A stretch of DNA of 34,794 nucleotides from Myxococcota bacterium (lineage in GTDB: Bacteria; Myxococcota_A; Polyangia; Polyangiales; Houyiibacteriaceae): NCBI GenBank assembly GCA_039030515.1, contig JBCCEA010000036.1, forward strand, positions 1 to 34,794. Direction: 5' to 3'. This document shows positions 27,825 to 34,794 of the stretch, in pieces. The notes beneath the pieces were generated by a model, which saw only the letters and a program-made list of their open reading frames with translations, searched no databases and was not told the origin of the DNA. The position numbers and the translations under genes are program-made. The first letter of the stretch is position 1. Each line of letters begins with the position of its first letter.

Positions 27825-29390
27825 TTACAACGGCAGGTTGTCGTGTTTCCTAGGAATATTCACCAGGCGCTTGTTCTGAAGCATGTCGAGTGCACTGCAG
27901 ACCCGCATGCGCGTGTGACGTGGATAAATGACCTCGTCTACAAATCCTAGCTCTGCCGCCTTGAAGGGATTGGCAAATTTCTCGCGATACTCGGCAACAA
28001 ATTTCACCCTGGCCGCATTCGGGTCCTCGGCCTGTTGAATCTCGTTTCGATGGATGATGTTGACCGCACCGTCTGGGCCCATCACCGCGATCTCCGCCGT
28101 TGGAAACACGTAGCTGATATCTCCTCGTATGTGTTTGCTACTCATCACATCGTAGGCGCCACCGTAGGCCTTGCGCGTGATGACTGTAACTTTAGGTATC
28201 GTGGCTTCGCAAAAGGCATACAGTAACTTTGCGCCGTGGCGGATGATTCCACCAAACTCCTGGTCGGTTCCGGGTAGGAAACCTGGAACATCCACAAAGG
28301 TCACGATCGGGATGTTGAAGCAGTCGCAGAAACGCACGAAACGAGCTGCCTTCACCGACGCATCTATATCCAGGCATCCAGCAAGTACTTCTGGCTGATT
28401 GGCGACGATCCCAACCGAGCGGCCTGCAAATCGTGCAAAGCCGATCACGATGTTCTGAGCCAGCAAAGGCTGAATCTCAAAGAAGTCTCCGTCATCGACC
28501 ACCTGCTCGATGACTTCCTTCATATTGTAGGGCTTCAGCGGATCTGCGGGGACCAAGGCCTTCAGTTCAGGCGTCTCTCGGTCTGACGGGTCTTCGCAAG
28601 CGCGAATCGGTACGTCCTCATGATTGTTGTTGGGTAAGAAGGTGAGGAGCTCCCGGATGGTTTCAATACAGTGCTGGTCGTCCTCACAGGCTAGATGGGC
28701 CACCCCGGACTGTCTGCTGTGGGTTTCTGCTCCGCCCAGCTCCTCCTTCGTCACCTCTTCATGGGTGACTGTCTTGATGACATCCGGGCCCGTGATGAAC
28801 ATGTAGCTGGATTTTTTGACCATCAGGATGAAATCGGTGATCGCAGGGCTGTAGACAGCTCCTCCAGCGCAGGGTCCCATAATCGCGCTGATTTGAGGCA
28901 CAACGCCAGACGCAAGCGTGTTTCGCATGAAGATTCCTGCGTATCCAGCGAGAGACTGAACGCCCTCTTGAATGCGGGCTCCTCCGGAGTCGTTCAGACC
29001 GATGATGGGCGCCCCAACGCTTATCGCGAGATCCATAACCTTGCAGATCTTATTGGCGAATGCGCCGGAGAGAGAGCCGCCAAATACGGTAAAGTCTTGA
29101 GCGAATACGAATACTTGGCGCCCATCGATCTTGCCGTGACCGGTGACTACTCCGTCCCCCGGTATTTGCGACTCGTCCATGCCGAAATCGGTACACTGAT
29201 GCACCACGAGCCGGTCCATTTCGACGAAGGTACCCGGGTCGAGCAGGAGATCGATTCGTTCTCTTGCTGTAAGCTTGCCGGCATCGTGTTGCCGCTTCAC
29301 CCGCGCGGGTCCACCGGCAGATAACGCTTGCTGATTCAGCGATTCAAGATGTGTCACAGGGTCGACTTGTGGAGGCATGCTCTTCGACAT
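27825..29390 (-). CDS. pccB: Acyl-CoA carboxylase carboxyltransferase beta subunit (propionyl-CoA carboxylase / methylmalonyl-CoA decarboxylase type)
   Basis: Motifs [56 protein letters not shown] and KHDNLPL. Confidence 0.9.
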   Translation of the reverse strand: MSKSMPPQVDPVTHLESLNQQALSAGGPARVKRQHDAGKLTARERIDLLLDPGTFVEMDRLVVHQCTDFGMDESQIPGDGVVTGHGKIDGRQVFVFAQDFTVFGGSLSGAFANKICKVMDLAISVGAPIIGLNDSGGARIQEGVQSLAGYAGIFMRNTLASGVVPQISAIMGPCAGGAVYSPAITDFILMVKKSSYMFITGPDVIKTVTHEEVTKEELGGAETHSRQSGVAHLACEDDQHCIETIRELLTFLPNNNHEDVPIRACEDPSDRETPELKALVPADPLKPYNMKEVIEQVVDDGDFFEIQPLLAQNIVIGFARFAGRSVGIVANQPEVLAGCLDIDASVKAARFVRFCDCFNIPIVTFVDVPGFLPGTDQEFGGIIRHGAKLLYAFCEATIPKVTVITRKAYGGAYDVMSSKHIRGDISYVFPTAEIAVMGPDGAVNIIHRNEIQQAEDPNAARVKFVAEYREKFANPFKAAELGFVDEVIYPRHTRMRVCSALDMLQNKRLVNIPRKHDNLPL

Positions 29391-29532
29391 GTCGCTGCAT
29401 TATGCCGGCCGTGGTCACCGGTCAATGGCTCCTGATCGACAAAGACGATATTGCACCTTCGCTGAGGTCTTTGAAGTGCTTAAAGTGCGAAAGGTCCGGC
29501 GCGAAGACATAGAGACCGGCGATTTTATCGAA

Positions 29533-30879
29533 CTACATGTTGACGACGACGTCAACAAAACGATCGAGCTGTGCTCGGCTGCGCTTTTCGGAAACCGCCA
29601 TGAGCACATCCGCGTTCCATTCCGGTCGATAACGCCCAAGATCGATCCCGGCAAGAACACCTCTCCTGGCAGCCGCATCGATGAAGTCTGCGGCTGAGCC
29701 ACGGGTGCTACGCAGTACGAATTCGTTGAAGGTGGGCGCACTGTATGGCTGCTCGAACAAGCCGGTTTCCAGTAGCTTCTGCCTCAGATAGTGCGCCCGA
29801 CTCAGGCAGATGCGGCCCACCTCCTGGAATCCTTGTTTGCCGAGCATGCTCGTACGGATCGCGAGAGACAGGGCGATAAGGCCGTGGTTCGTACAAATGT
29901 TGGAAGTTGCACGCTCGCGGCGAATGTGCTGCTCTCGGGTAGAGAGTGTGAGGACGTATCCGCGCTCTCCATCTTGGTCTAAAGTTTCGCCGACGAGGCG
30001 GCCGGGCATTTGCCTCAGATGCGCATTGCGGCACGCAAACAAACCGACTCCTGGTCCACCGAGCTGCGGGGTCGTTGCGAGCGCCTGACCTTCACCCACG
30101 GTGATGTCCGCGTAGTTCCCGGGAGGGGTCAAGACCGACATCGCGTAGGGGTTTTGCGTTGCGGTGATAAGAAGTGCGCCATGGCTCTTGGCTATCGTAG
30201 CGATCGCCTCCAGATCTTCGACGCAGCCAAGGAAGTTTGGATAGCCGACCACCACGGCGGCCGTGCCGTCGTGAATCTGTGCGCGAAGCGCCTCGAGGTC
30301 GGTTTGTCCAGAATCAGCGATGGGCACTGTCGAGAGCTCGTCGGCGTTTGCGATTCCTGCGACGTAAGTTTGGGTCGTCGCGATGTAGTCTGGATGCAGT
30401 CCGCTACTGAGTATGCAGTGTCCGCGACGGGTCACCCGTCTCGCCATCATCACTGCTTCTGCGGTGGCGCTCGCACCGTCATACATCGATGCGTTGGCGA
30501 CTTCGTTGCCAAAGAGTTCACATACAATGGTTTGGAACTCGTAGATCGCCTGCAGCGTTCCCTGAGCTACCTCAGGTTGATATGGCGTGTATGCGGTATA
30601 AAACTCGCTTCGGAGCAAGAGTTGATCGACGGCTGGCGGAATGTGGTGGTCGTACATCCCTCCACCTAAGAACGACATCATCGATGCCGCGTTGTTCTTC
30701 TCGGCAAGAGAACTCAGGTGCTCCATCAAGCTGGCTTCGTCGAGGGACGCTTCGAGCTTCAGGGGCCCTTCGAGTCTAGCGTTTTGGGGTATCGCGTCGA
30801 AAAGCGAGTCGACATCTTCGACCCCGATCGCGCGGAGCATGGAGGTGAGTTCGGCTTCAGTGTGGGGCAGGTACCGCAT
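29533..30879 (-). CDS. gcvPA: Glycine dehydrogenase (decarboxylating) subunit 1
   Basis: Motifs MRYLPHT, SFLGGGMYDH, EFYTAYTPYQPE.AQG.LQ, NASMYDG and TREQHIRRERATSNICTN. Confidence 0.95.
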   Translation of the reverse strand: MRYLPHTEAELTSMLRAIGVEDVDSLFDAIPQNARLEGPLKLEASLDEASLMEHLSSLAEKNNAASMMSFLGGGMYDHHIPPAVDQLLLRSEFYTAYTPYQPEVAQGTLQAIYEFQTIVCELFGNEVANASMYDGASATAEAVMMARRVTRRGHCILSSGLHPDYIATTQTYVAGIANADELSTVPIADSGQTDLEALRAQIHDGTAAVVVGYPNFLGCVEDLEAIATIAKSHGALLITATQNPYAMSVLTPPGNYADITVGEGQALATTPQLGGPGVGLFACRNAHLRQMPGRLVGETLDQDGERGYVLTLSTREQHIRRERATSNICTNHGLIALSLAIRTSMLGKQGFQEVGRICLSRAHYLRQKLLETGLFEQPYSAPTFNEFVLRSTRGSAADFIDAAARRGVLAGIDLGRYRPEWNADVLMAVSEKRSRAQLDRFVDVVVNM

Positions 30880-30969
30880 AGTCGCTCTTCCGAAGTTGAG
30901 GTATTTGGAGGTGGCTGGCGAGTGCCCGAATACGCGAGCGCATCCCGACCTCAGTATATGTAGTGCGAT

Positions 30970-31362
30970 TTACCCCTCTAGAGAACCGACAAACTCCTCG
31001 TAGGCGCTGGCATCCATCAAGCGAGAAAGTTCATTGGGATCTGAAGGGCGTATCAGCATCATCCAGCCTTGTTCGTACGGCGCCTCGTTGACGAGTTCTG
31101 GACTTGACTCGAGGTCAGCGTTGATCTCGACTACTTCGCCACTGATCGGGCAAAAAAGTTCGCTGACGGCTTTTACAGATTCGATATCGCCAAATCGTTC
31201 ATGGGACTGCACGTCGGAGCCCACCGGCGGTAGATCCACCAGGGTGACGTCGCCCAGCTGCTCGACGGCATGAGAGGTGATGCCAATGCGCACGAGTTCG
31301 CCCTCGAGTCGTGCCCACTCGTGTTCCCTTGTGTATTGGAGGTCGGCCGGAACATGCGCCAT
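30970..31362 (-). CDS. gcvH: Glycine cleavage system H protein
   Basis: Motifs YTREHEW, GITSHA..QLGD, ESVKAVS (lipoyl Lys) and PY..GW. Confidence 0.96.
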   Translation of the reverse strand: MAHVPADLQYTREHEWARLEGELVRIGITSHAVEQLGDVTLVDLPPVGSDVQSHERFGDIESVKAVSELFCPISGEVVEINADLESSPELVNEAPYEQGWMMLIRPSDPNELSRLMDASAYEEFVGSLEG

Positions 31363-31371
31363 CTGATTTGC

Positions 31372-32505
31372 TCATTTCTGCCGCTTATAAAACGGCGTCT
31401 TCACCACCCTGGCTTCGACCACCTTATGCCGAATACCAATCTCAAAAGAGGTTCCGATCTTTGCCATGTGTTTCGGAACGTATCCCAACCCGATGCTCTT
31501 ACCCAAGGTCGGGGAGGGGCATCCGCTGGTCACGGTACCGACCGGGTTTCCCTCTTCGTCCAAAATTGGATAGCCCTGACGACCTGTTCCGCGACCGATC
31601 ATTTCGAACCCGACTAGCTTACGGGAGGTCGTTTCTTTCAGTGTTCGTAGCGCTTCGCGACCCAGAAACGGGCCACGGTCGAGCTTTACGGTCCAGCCGA
31701 GGCCAGCCTCAAAAGGATGGGTCGATTCGTCGATCTCGTTGCCGTAGAGTGACAAGCGCGCTTCAAGTCTCAGCGTATCGCGGGCTCCAAGGCCGATCGG
31801 CTCGATGCCCATATCTTGTCCGGACTCCAGTAGGTGATCCCAGAGCGTTTCAGCGTCGGCGCTGCTGCAGAACAGCTCGAAGCCGTCCTCTCCCGTGTAT
31901 CCGGTGCGCGCTATGGTGCAGGGCATGTGCAGAATCGTTGTCTCTCGCACGTCGAAAGCGCGTAGCGCCTCTAGGTCAAGCGTACTGCTCTTGTCTAAAA
32001 CCGTAGCTGCGAGAGGCCCCTGCAGGGCAAGGAGTGCTGTCTCTTGGCTTGCGTCTTTGTACGCGACGGGTGCGGTTTGACCTTTGAGTGCCTCCCGAAA
32101 GTGCCCGTCGATCTTTTCCCGGTTGGACGCGTTGCAGACGATGAGAAGCTCCTCGGAACCCGTCCGGTACACGATCAGATCGTCGAGAATGCATCCTTCG
32201 CTATTGCAGCAAAGCGTGTACAGGGCCCTACCGGGAGCTACCGACGCCAAGTCACCGGTCACGAGGTGGTCGACAAAACCCACTGCGCCTGAGCCACTTA
32301 CTCTGAGCTCGCCCATGTGCGACACGTCAAATAGACCGACTCTGTTCCGGACGCATTGATGCTCAGCGACCACGCCTCGATATTGGATGGGCATCATCCA
32401 GCCGGCAAAGGGCGTCATACGTGCCTTCAGCGCTTGATGTTGCCCGTAAAGAGGGGTTTTCGCTGCGAGGTTCTCAGTACTCAAGGGCGCGGAACATAAC
32501 GTCAC
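31372..32505 (-). CDS. gcvT: Glycine cleavage system aminomethyltransferase T
   Basis: Motifs KTPLY, FAGWMMP, LFDVSHMG, RTGYTGEDGFE and GLGARDTLRLEA. The exact start is uncertain. Confidence 0.96.
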   Translation of the reverse strand: MTLCSAPLSTENLAAKTPLYGQHQALKARMTPFAGWMMPIQYRGVVAEHQCVRNRVGLFDVSHMGELRVSGSGAVGFVDHLVTGDLASVAPGRALYTLCCNSEGCILDDLIVYRTGSEELLIVCNASNREKIDGHFREALKGQTAPVAYKDASQETALLALQGPLAATVLDKSSTLDLEALRAFDVRETTILHMPCTIARTGYTGEDGFELFCSSADAETLWDHLLESGQDMGIEPIGLGARDTLRLEARLSLYGNEIDESTHPFEAGLGWTVKLDRGPFLGREALRTLKETTSRKLVGFEMIGRGTGRQGYPILDEEGNPVGTVTSGCPSPTLGKSIGLGYVPKHMAKIGTSFEIGIRHKVVEARVVKTPFYKRQK

Positions 32506-32688
32506 TCATCCATGGTTTCAAGCTTGATCGATCGATTTGCCCTTCGGTTTGTGCCGGAGTGCGTCTGCGTTGCCTCGATCGGGCTGCGCCCCTTTGCGAG
32601 ATTGGTGTGTCGATCAAGATCGTCGCAACTCGGTGAGCGAGGTGCCGATAGATGGTTGCACTAGATGGTTGCCTAGGAGTGATGGCTA

Positions 32689-34248
32689 ATGGATGAACTT
32701 GTACTTTGTCGACGCGGGGAGCCCGTGCAGACCGTTTCTCTCAGTGAACAGATCGTGGAAGTAGGTAGAGGTGCACATTGCGACGTCGTCGTTCATGAAC
32801 GAGGAGTGCCGGAAACTGCGTTTTGGCTCCGCCATCATCGAGGTCGAACCCTGCTTTACGACCAGCGCTCCGCCATGCAGCAACCCCCGGTATACTGGGG
32901 ACTCGATGAACCGATCTTTCTCGGGGAAGAGCATAGCGTGCATCTCGAACGGAAGACCGAATCGAAGACCTCACCCTTGTCGGCAGCTGCGTTGCTGCCG
33001 GCACACGAGTCAGCCGAGACCGAGCGGTCGCTTGGTCTGCTGGTGGGGGTAGGTTCTGAGGCGCGATTGATCAAACTCCGAGAAGCTCCTTTGACGGTGG
33101 GAACACGTTCGGACTGCGACGTTCGGCTTTATGACGATACGGTGAGCGGTCGACACCTGCGCGTCGCACGCATGGCGGACGGAGACGGTGTGGTTTTGAG
33201 GGATCTCGGAAGCCGAAACGGAACTTGGGTCTCCGGGATTCGCGTCGTGCGGGCGCAAGTGGGAACCCATGCCCTCATTCGCGTGGGGCGAACCGATTTG
33301 CACGTGGTGGAACGTCGAAACGAATCGAGTGACGCAGACGCACGATCATGGATTGCGGTGTCCAACAAGATGCTGGCACTGAAAAGTGAAGTCTCCCGCA
33401 TTGCTCCTCTTTCTTGGCCGGTGCTCATTCACGGAGAGAGCGGAGTAGGTAAAGAGCTGATCGCGCGAGCACTGCACGAGGAAAGCTCCCGGGCAAATGG
33501 ACCCTTTGTCACAATGAATGCAGGCTCCTTTTCGTCCCATCTCATCGATAGCCAGCTTTTCGGGCACCAGCGGGGAGCCTTTACGGGTGCAAGCTCACTC
33601 CACCGAGGAGTGTTCGAGCAAGCCCACTGCGGAACTTTATTTCTCGACGAGATCGGAGAGCTGCCTCTCGAACATCAGGCGCGTTTGCTCCGGACTTTGG
33701 AGTCCGGTGAGATTCGTCGCGTGGGCGATGAGAACTCGATGCAGGTCGACGTGCGCCTTATCTGCGCGACCCATCGCAATATCCAAAACATGGTTGAAGA
33801 AGGCACCTTTCGGCGAGACCTCTATTACCGGCTCGCGCGACTTATCGTGAGCGTACCGCCCTTGCGGGAACGCGCGCAGGATATCGAACCGCTTGTCCGC
33901 TACTTTCTATCTCTGCTACCTGGCGAGTTGAAACCGAAACGTCTCTCCGAGGACGCGTTGTCTCGACTGATGGCGTATCGGTTTCCCGGGAACGTTCGGG
34001 AGCTGCGCAATGTGCTGTCCGCGGCGGCGGTGCGTTCTTCTTCTGAGGTGATCTGTGATGGAGAATTGGTCAAGGCTCTTTGCACGGTGGGCTTGAGTAA
34101 GGTCGTGTGTGCCCAGCAAAGCCCACTGGGCCTGGAGGCAATAGTGAAGGCCCACCGGGGCAATGTATCTTCGGCAGCGCGCACTCTGGGCATGCCTCGT
34201 TCCACCCTCCGGGACAAACTCAGGCATCTCGATCTTGAGGCTTCCTAA
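32689..34248 (+). CDS. Sigma54-dependent enhancer-binding protein with FHA domain(s) and a Fis-type HTH
   Basis: FHA motifs VGT...D..L.D.TVSGRH and DLGSRNGT, Walker A GESGVGKE, GAFTGA, FLDEIGE, FPGNVREL and HTH GNVSSAARTLGMPRSTL. AGGAG RBS upstream. Confidence 0.95.
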   Translation: MDELVLCRRGEPVQTVSLSEQIVEVGRGAHCDVVVHERGVPETAFWLRHHRGRTLLYDQRSAMQQPPVYWGLDEPIFLGEEHSVHLERKTESKTSPLSAAALLPAHESAETERSLGLLVGVGSEARLIKLREAPLTVGTRSDCDVRLYDDTVSGRHLRVARMADGDGVVLRDLGSRNGTWVSGIRVVRAQVGTHALIRVGRTDLHVVERRNESSDADARSWIAVSNKMLALKSEVSRIAPLSWPVLIHGESGVGKELIARALHEESSRANGPFVTMNAGSFSSHLIDSQLFGHQRGAFTGASSLHRGVFEQAHCGTLFLDEIGELPLEHQARLLRTLESGEIRRVGDENSMQVDVRLICATHRNIQNMVEEGTFRRDLYYRLARLIVSVPPLRERAQDIEPLVRYFLSLLPGELKPKRLSEDALSRLMAYRFPGNVRELRNVLSAAAVRSSSEVICDGELVKALCTVGLSKVVCAQQSPLGLEAIVKAHRGNVSSAARTLGMPRSTLRDKLRHLDLEAS

Positions 34249-34296
34249 AACCCCGCCTCCACCTGCCGGGGAAGTCAGAGAGTCCGCACCCCCCTC

Positions 34297-34419
34297 AGCA
34301 CGCCTCGCTAGGCCTGAACGCCGGCTTTCCTCCCGTTCTCGACGTTCGAAGTATCGTTAATACTCCTTCACGTCTGCGCGTGCGGGGCGCTTAGGCGTTC
34401 AAACCCATCGAGACGCGCT
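34297..34419 (-). repeat. Hairpin repeat copy R1 (123 bp, different arm sequence)
   Basis: Arms 34297-34322 and 34394-34419 pair. Inner stems are GACGT/ACGTC and GAAGTAT/ATACTCC. The conserved GGGGCGCT motif is present. Confidence 0.8.
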
Positions 34420-34420
34420 C

Positions 34421-34544
34421 CAGCGGGCCTAGGTCGGCCCAAGCAGCTGCTTACCTCCGATGCTCGGAGCTTGAAGTAGCGAAACTACTCCTGCGCTCCT
34501 GTGCTTCCGGGGCGCTAGCTGTTTCGACCAACCTAGGCCCGCTG
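34421..34544 (-). repeat. Hairpin repeat copy R2 (124 bp)
   Basis: Arms CAGCGGGCCTAGGTCGGCCCAAGCAGCT / AGCTGTTTCGACCAACCTAGGCCCGCTG closely match the arms of 64-187. Inner stems are GGAGC/GCTCC and GAAGTAG/CTACTCC. Confidence 0.85.
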
Positions 34545-34554
34545 GGGGGGTTGG

Positions 34555-34667
34555 TCGCTAGGTGCGAACGCCTGCTTACCTCCGATGCTCGGAGCTTGAA
34601 GTAGCGTTAATACTCCTTCACGTCTGCGCGTGCGGGGCGCTGGCCGTTCCGACCCATCGAGACGCGT
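34555..34667 (-). repeat. Hairpin repeat copy R3 (mosaic of R1 and R2)
   Basis: 34572-34606 is identical to 34447-34481, and 34605-34641 is identical to 34355-34391. Confidence 0.85.
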
Positions 34668-34675
34668 TGGGCGAA

Positions 34676-34794
34676 GAGGAGGGTACACATTGGTACCTGA
34701 CGACGAGGCGCGAGGCGGCAAGCGGCTCTATGGCGTGCCCGGGCAACCACGACCGCGGCCGGCCAGAGGCGTCAGAAAGCCAGCGCCCCCGAAG
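34676..34794 (+). repeat. Partial hairpin repeat copies in + orientation, running off the window end
   Basis: 34676-34727 matches 112-163 except for the 6-nt loop (ACATTG vs GAGTGG). The final AGCCAGCGCCCCCGA matches 88-102. Confidence 0.8.

Noticed and set aside
32506..32688. Glycine riboswitch upstream of gcvT
   Set aside because: Only CCGAAGGGCAAA resembles the consensus. The GGAGA and CTCTCAGG elements are missing.
34533..34721. 62-aa ORF inside the right-end repeats
   Set aside because: It lies entirely within palindromic repeat units and has no protein-like features.
34297..34794. CRISPR array interpretation of the terminal repeats
   Set aside because: Units are ~124-bp imperfect palindromes in mixed orientation. 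There is no constant 25-45 bp repeat with unique spacers and no cas gene in the window.

Overview
This is a gene-dense, roughly 60% GC stretch of core chromosome from a myxobacterium (Myxococcota, inferred from the mglBA operon, two Hanks-type Ser/Thr kinases and an FHA-sigma54 enhancer-binding protein). Housekeeping genes include thrC, an ABC1/UbiB kinase, ruvX/yqgF, mltG, cysC, thiC with a clear TPP riboswitch, leuS, sppA, an acyl-CoA carboxylase beta subunit and gcvT-gcvH-gcvPA (no gcvPB follows). An accessory patch at about 5.5-14.5 kb holds a collapsed radical-SAM/DUF2344 gene that stays in frame, an ECF sigma with an NrsF-like anti-sigma, an orphan type ISP-like N6-adenine methyltransferase, a kinase whose first subdomain lies upstream of its first ATG, and DUF1444-like and DUF697-like proteins. 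The most distinctive non-coding signal is a family of ~124-bp long-hairpin repeats clustered at both window ends. Its copies show compensatory base changes, strand-biased G.U pairs, a variable apical loop and one mosaic copy. I see no CRISPR array, tRNA, rRNA, transposase or integrase. All family assignments come from motif recognition by eye, not database searches.
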